Part shown: positions 62,685 to 64,000 of the stretch, one piece after another
Layout of the letters: every line of letters starts with the position of its first letter
Numbering within the stretch: the first letter of the stretch is position 1
Origin: Somniosus microcephalus
Lineage: Eukaryota
Length of the DNA stretch: 64,000 nucleotides
Reading direction: 5' to 3'
Assembly (NCBI GenBank): GCA_052327205.1
Contig: CM126205.1
Span: 241,862,001 to 241,926,000, forward strand
Notes under the pieces: model-generated
Database searches by the model: none
What the model was told of the DNA's origin: nothing
What the model saw: only the letters and a program-made list of their open reading frames with translations
Translations under genes and position numbers: made by a program

Positions 62685-64000
62685 ACATAAAAACATTAGA
62701 AATAGGAGCAGGAGCAGGCCATTCGGCCCCTCGAGCCTGCTACGCCATTTAATGAGATCATGGCTGATCCGATTTTGGCGTCAACTCCACTTTCCTGCCT
62801 GCTCCCCATAACCCTTGACTCCCCTGTTGCTCAAAAATCTGTCTATCTCAGCCTTGAATATATTCAATGACTCAGCTTCCACAGCGCTCTGGGATAAAGA
62901 ATTCCAAAGATTCACGACCCTCTGAGAAAAGAAATTCCTCATCTCCATCTTAAACGGGCGACCCCTTATTCTGAGACTCTGCCCCCTCGTTCTAGATTCC
63001 CTGATGAAGGGAAACATCCTCTCAGCATCTACCTTGTCCAACCCCCTCAGAGTCTTATATGTTTCAATAAGGTCACCTCTCATTCTTCTAAACTCCAATG
63101 AGTATAGTCCAACCTGCTCAACCTTTCCTCATAAGACAACCCTGCCATCTTAGGAATCAACCTAGTGAACCTTCTCGGAACTGCCTCCAATGCAAGTATA
63201 TCCCTCCTTAAATAAGGGGACCAAAACTGTACGCAGTACTCTAGGTGTGATCTCACCAGCGCCCTGTACAGTTGTAGCAAGACTACCCTGCTTTTATACT
63301 CTATCCCCTTTGAAACAAAGGCCAACATTCCATTTGCCTTCCTAATTACTTGCTGCACCTGCATGTTAACTTTTTGTGTTTCCTGCACGAGGACACCCAA
63401 ATCCCTCTGTACTGCTGCATTCTGTAGTCTTTCTCCATTTAAATATTTTTCTTTTCTATTCTTCCTACCAAAGTGGATAACTTCACATTTTCCCACATTA
63501 TACTCCATCTGCCAAATTCTTGCCCATTCACTTAACCTATCTATATCCCTTTGCAGACTTTTTATGTCCTCCTCGCAACTTGCTTTCCCACCTATCTTTG
63601 TATTGTTTGCCAATTTGGTTACAATACACCCGCTTCCTTCATCCAAGTCATTAATATGGATTAAAAATAGTTGAGGCCCCAGCACTGATCCCTGTGGCAC
63701 CCCACTAGTTACAGATTGCTATCCTGAAAATGACCCATTTATCCTGACTGTTTTCTGTTAGTTAGCCAACCCCCAACACCATGAGCTCTTATCTTATGCA
63801 GTAACCTTTTATGTGGCACCTTGTCAATTGCCTTTTGGAAATCCAAATACACTGCATCTACTGGTTCCCCTTTATCCACCTTGCTCGTTACCTCCTCAAA
63901 GAACTCTAATAGATTTGTCAAACACGATTTCCCTCTGTTTGATTGTATTATGATTTTCTAAATGCCCTGCTACTATTTCCTTAATCATGGATTCGAGCAT
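62685..64000 (-). mobile_element. CR1-type LINE, relatively young, continuing beyond window
   Basis: 206-aa RT ORF (PQGSVLGPQLF, WQMEYNVGKC, HLEYCVQFWSP), LDFQKAIDKVPH upstream, intact 3' tail near 62690-62800. Confidence 0.95.

Noticed and set aside
63080-63921. Reverse transcriptase ORFs as an active element or novel RT system
   Set aside because: Ordinary CR1 ORF2, with the catalytic motif decayed to LANN, frameshifts and an internal deletion

Overview
Eukaryotic genomic DNA containing the 3' end of a vertebrate titin gene (TTN) on the + strand. The repeat content (Deu-domain tRNA-SINEs, CR1/L2 LINEs, Harbinger-type elements) suggests a cartilaginous fish; this is an inference. I traced 44 GT-AG exons from 1 to the stop codon at 56570. 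They cover A-band Ig/Fn3 super-repeats including a 17,103-nt giant exon, A168-A170, the titin (pseudo)kinase, and the M-band Ig domains ending in ...NIKIRSI*. A ~1-kb 3' UTR follows, with AATAAA at 57607, and then a dense nested transposon field to the end of the window. Exon labels follow human numbering as I recall it (giant exon = 326, Mex1 = 358). I found no wholly new biological system. The most notable departures from mammalian titin are (i) Ig domain M7 is apparently missing and Mex1 is fused to Mex3, and (ii) the kinase has Gly at the autoinhibitory Tyr170 position. Also worth checking are (iii) a Pumilio-element/miR-25/92-site hairpin cluster in the 3' UTR and (iv) several nested or palindromic mobile elements in introns. 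Comparisons with human come from memory and need alignment to confirm.
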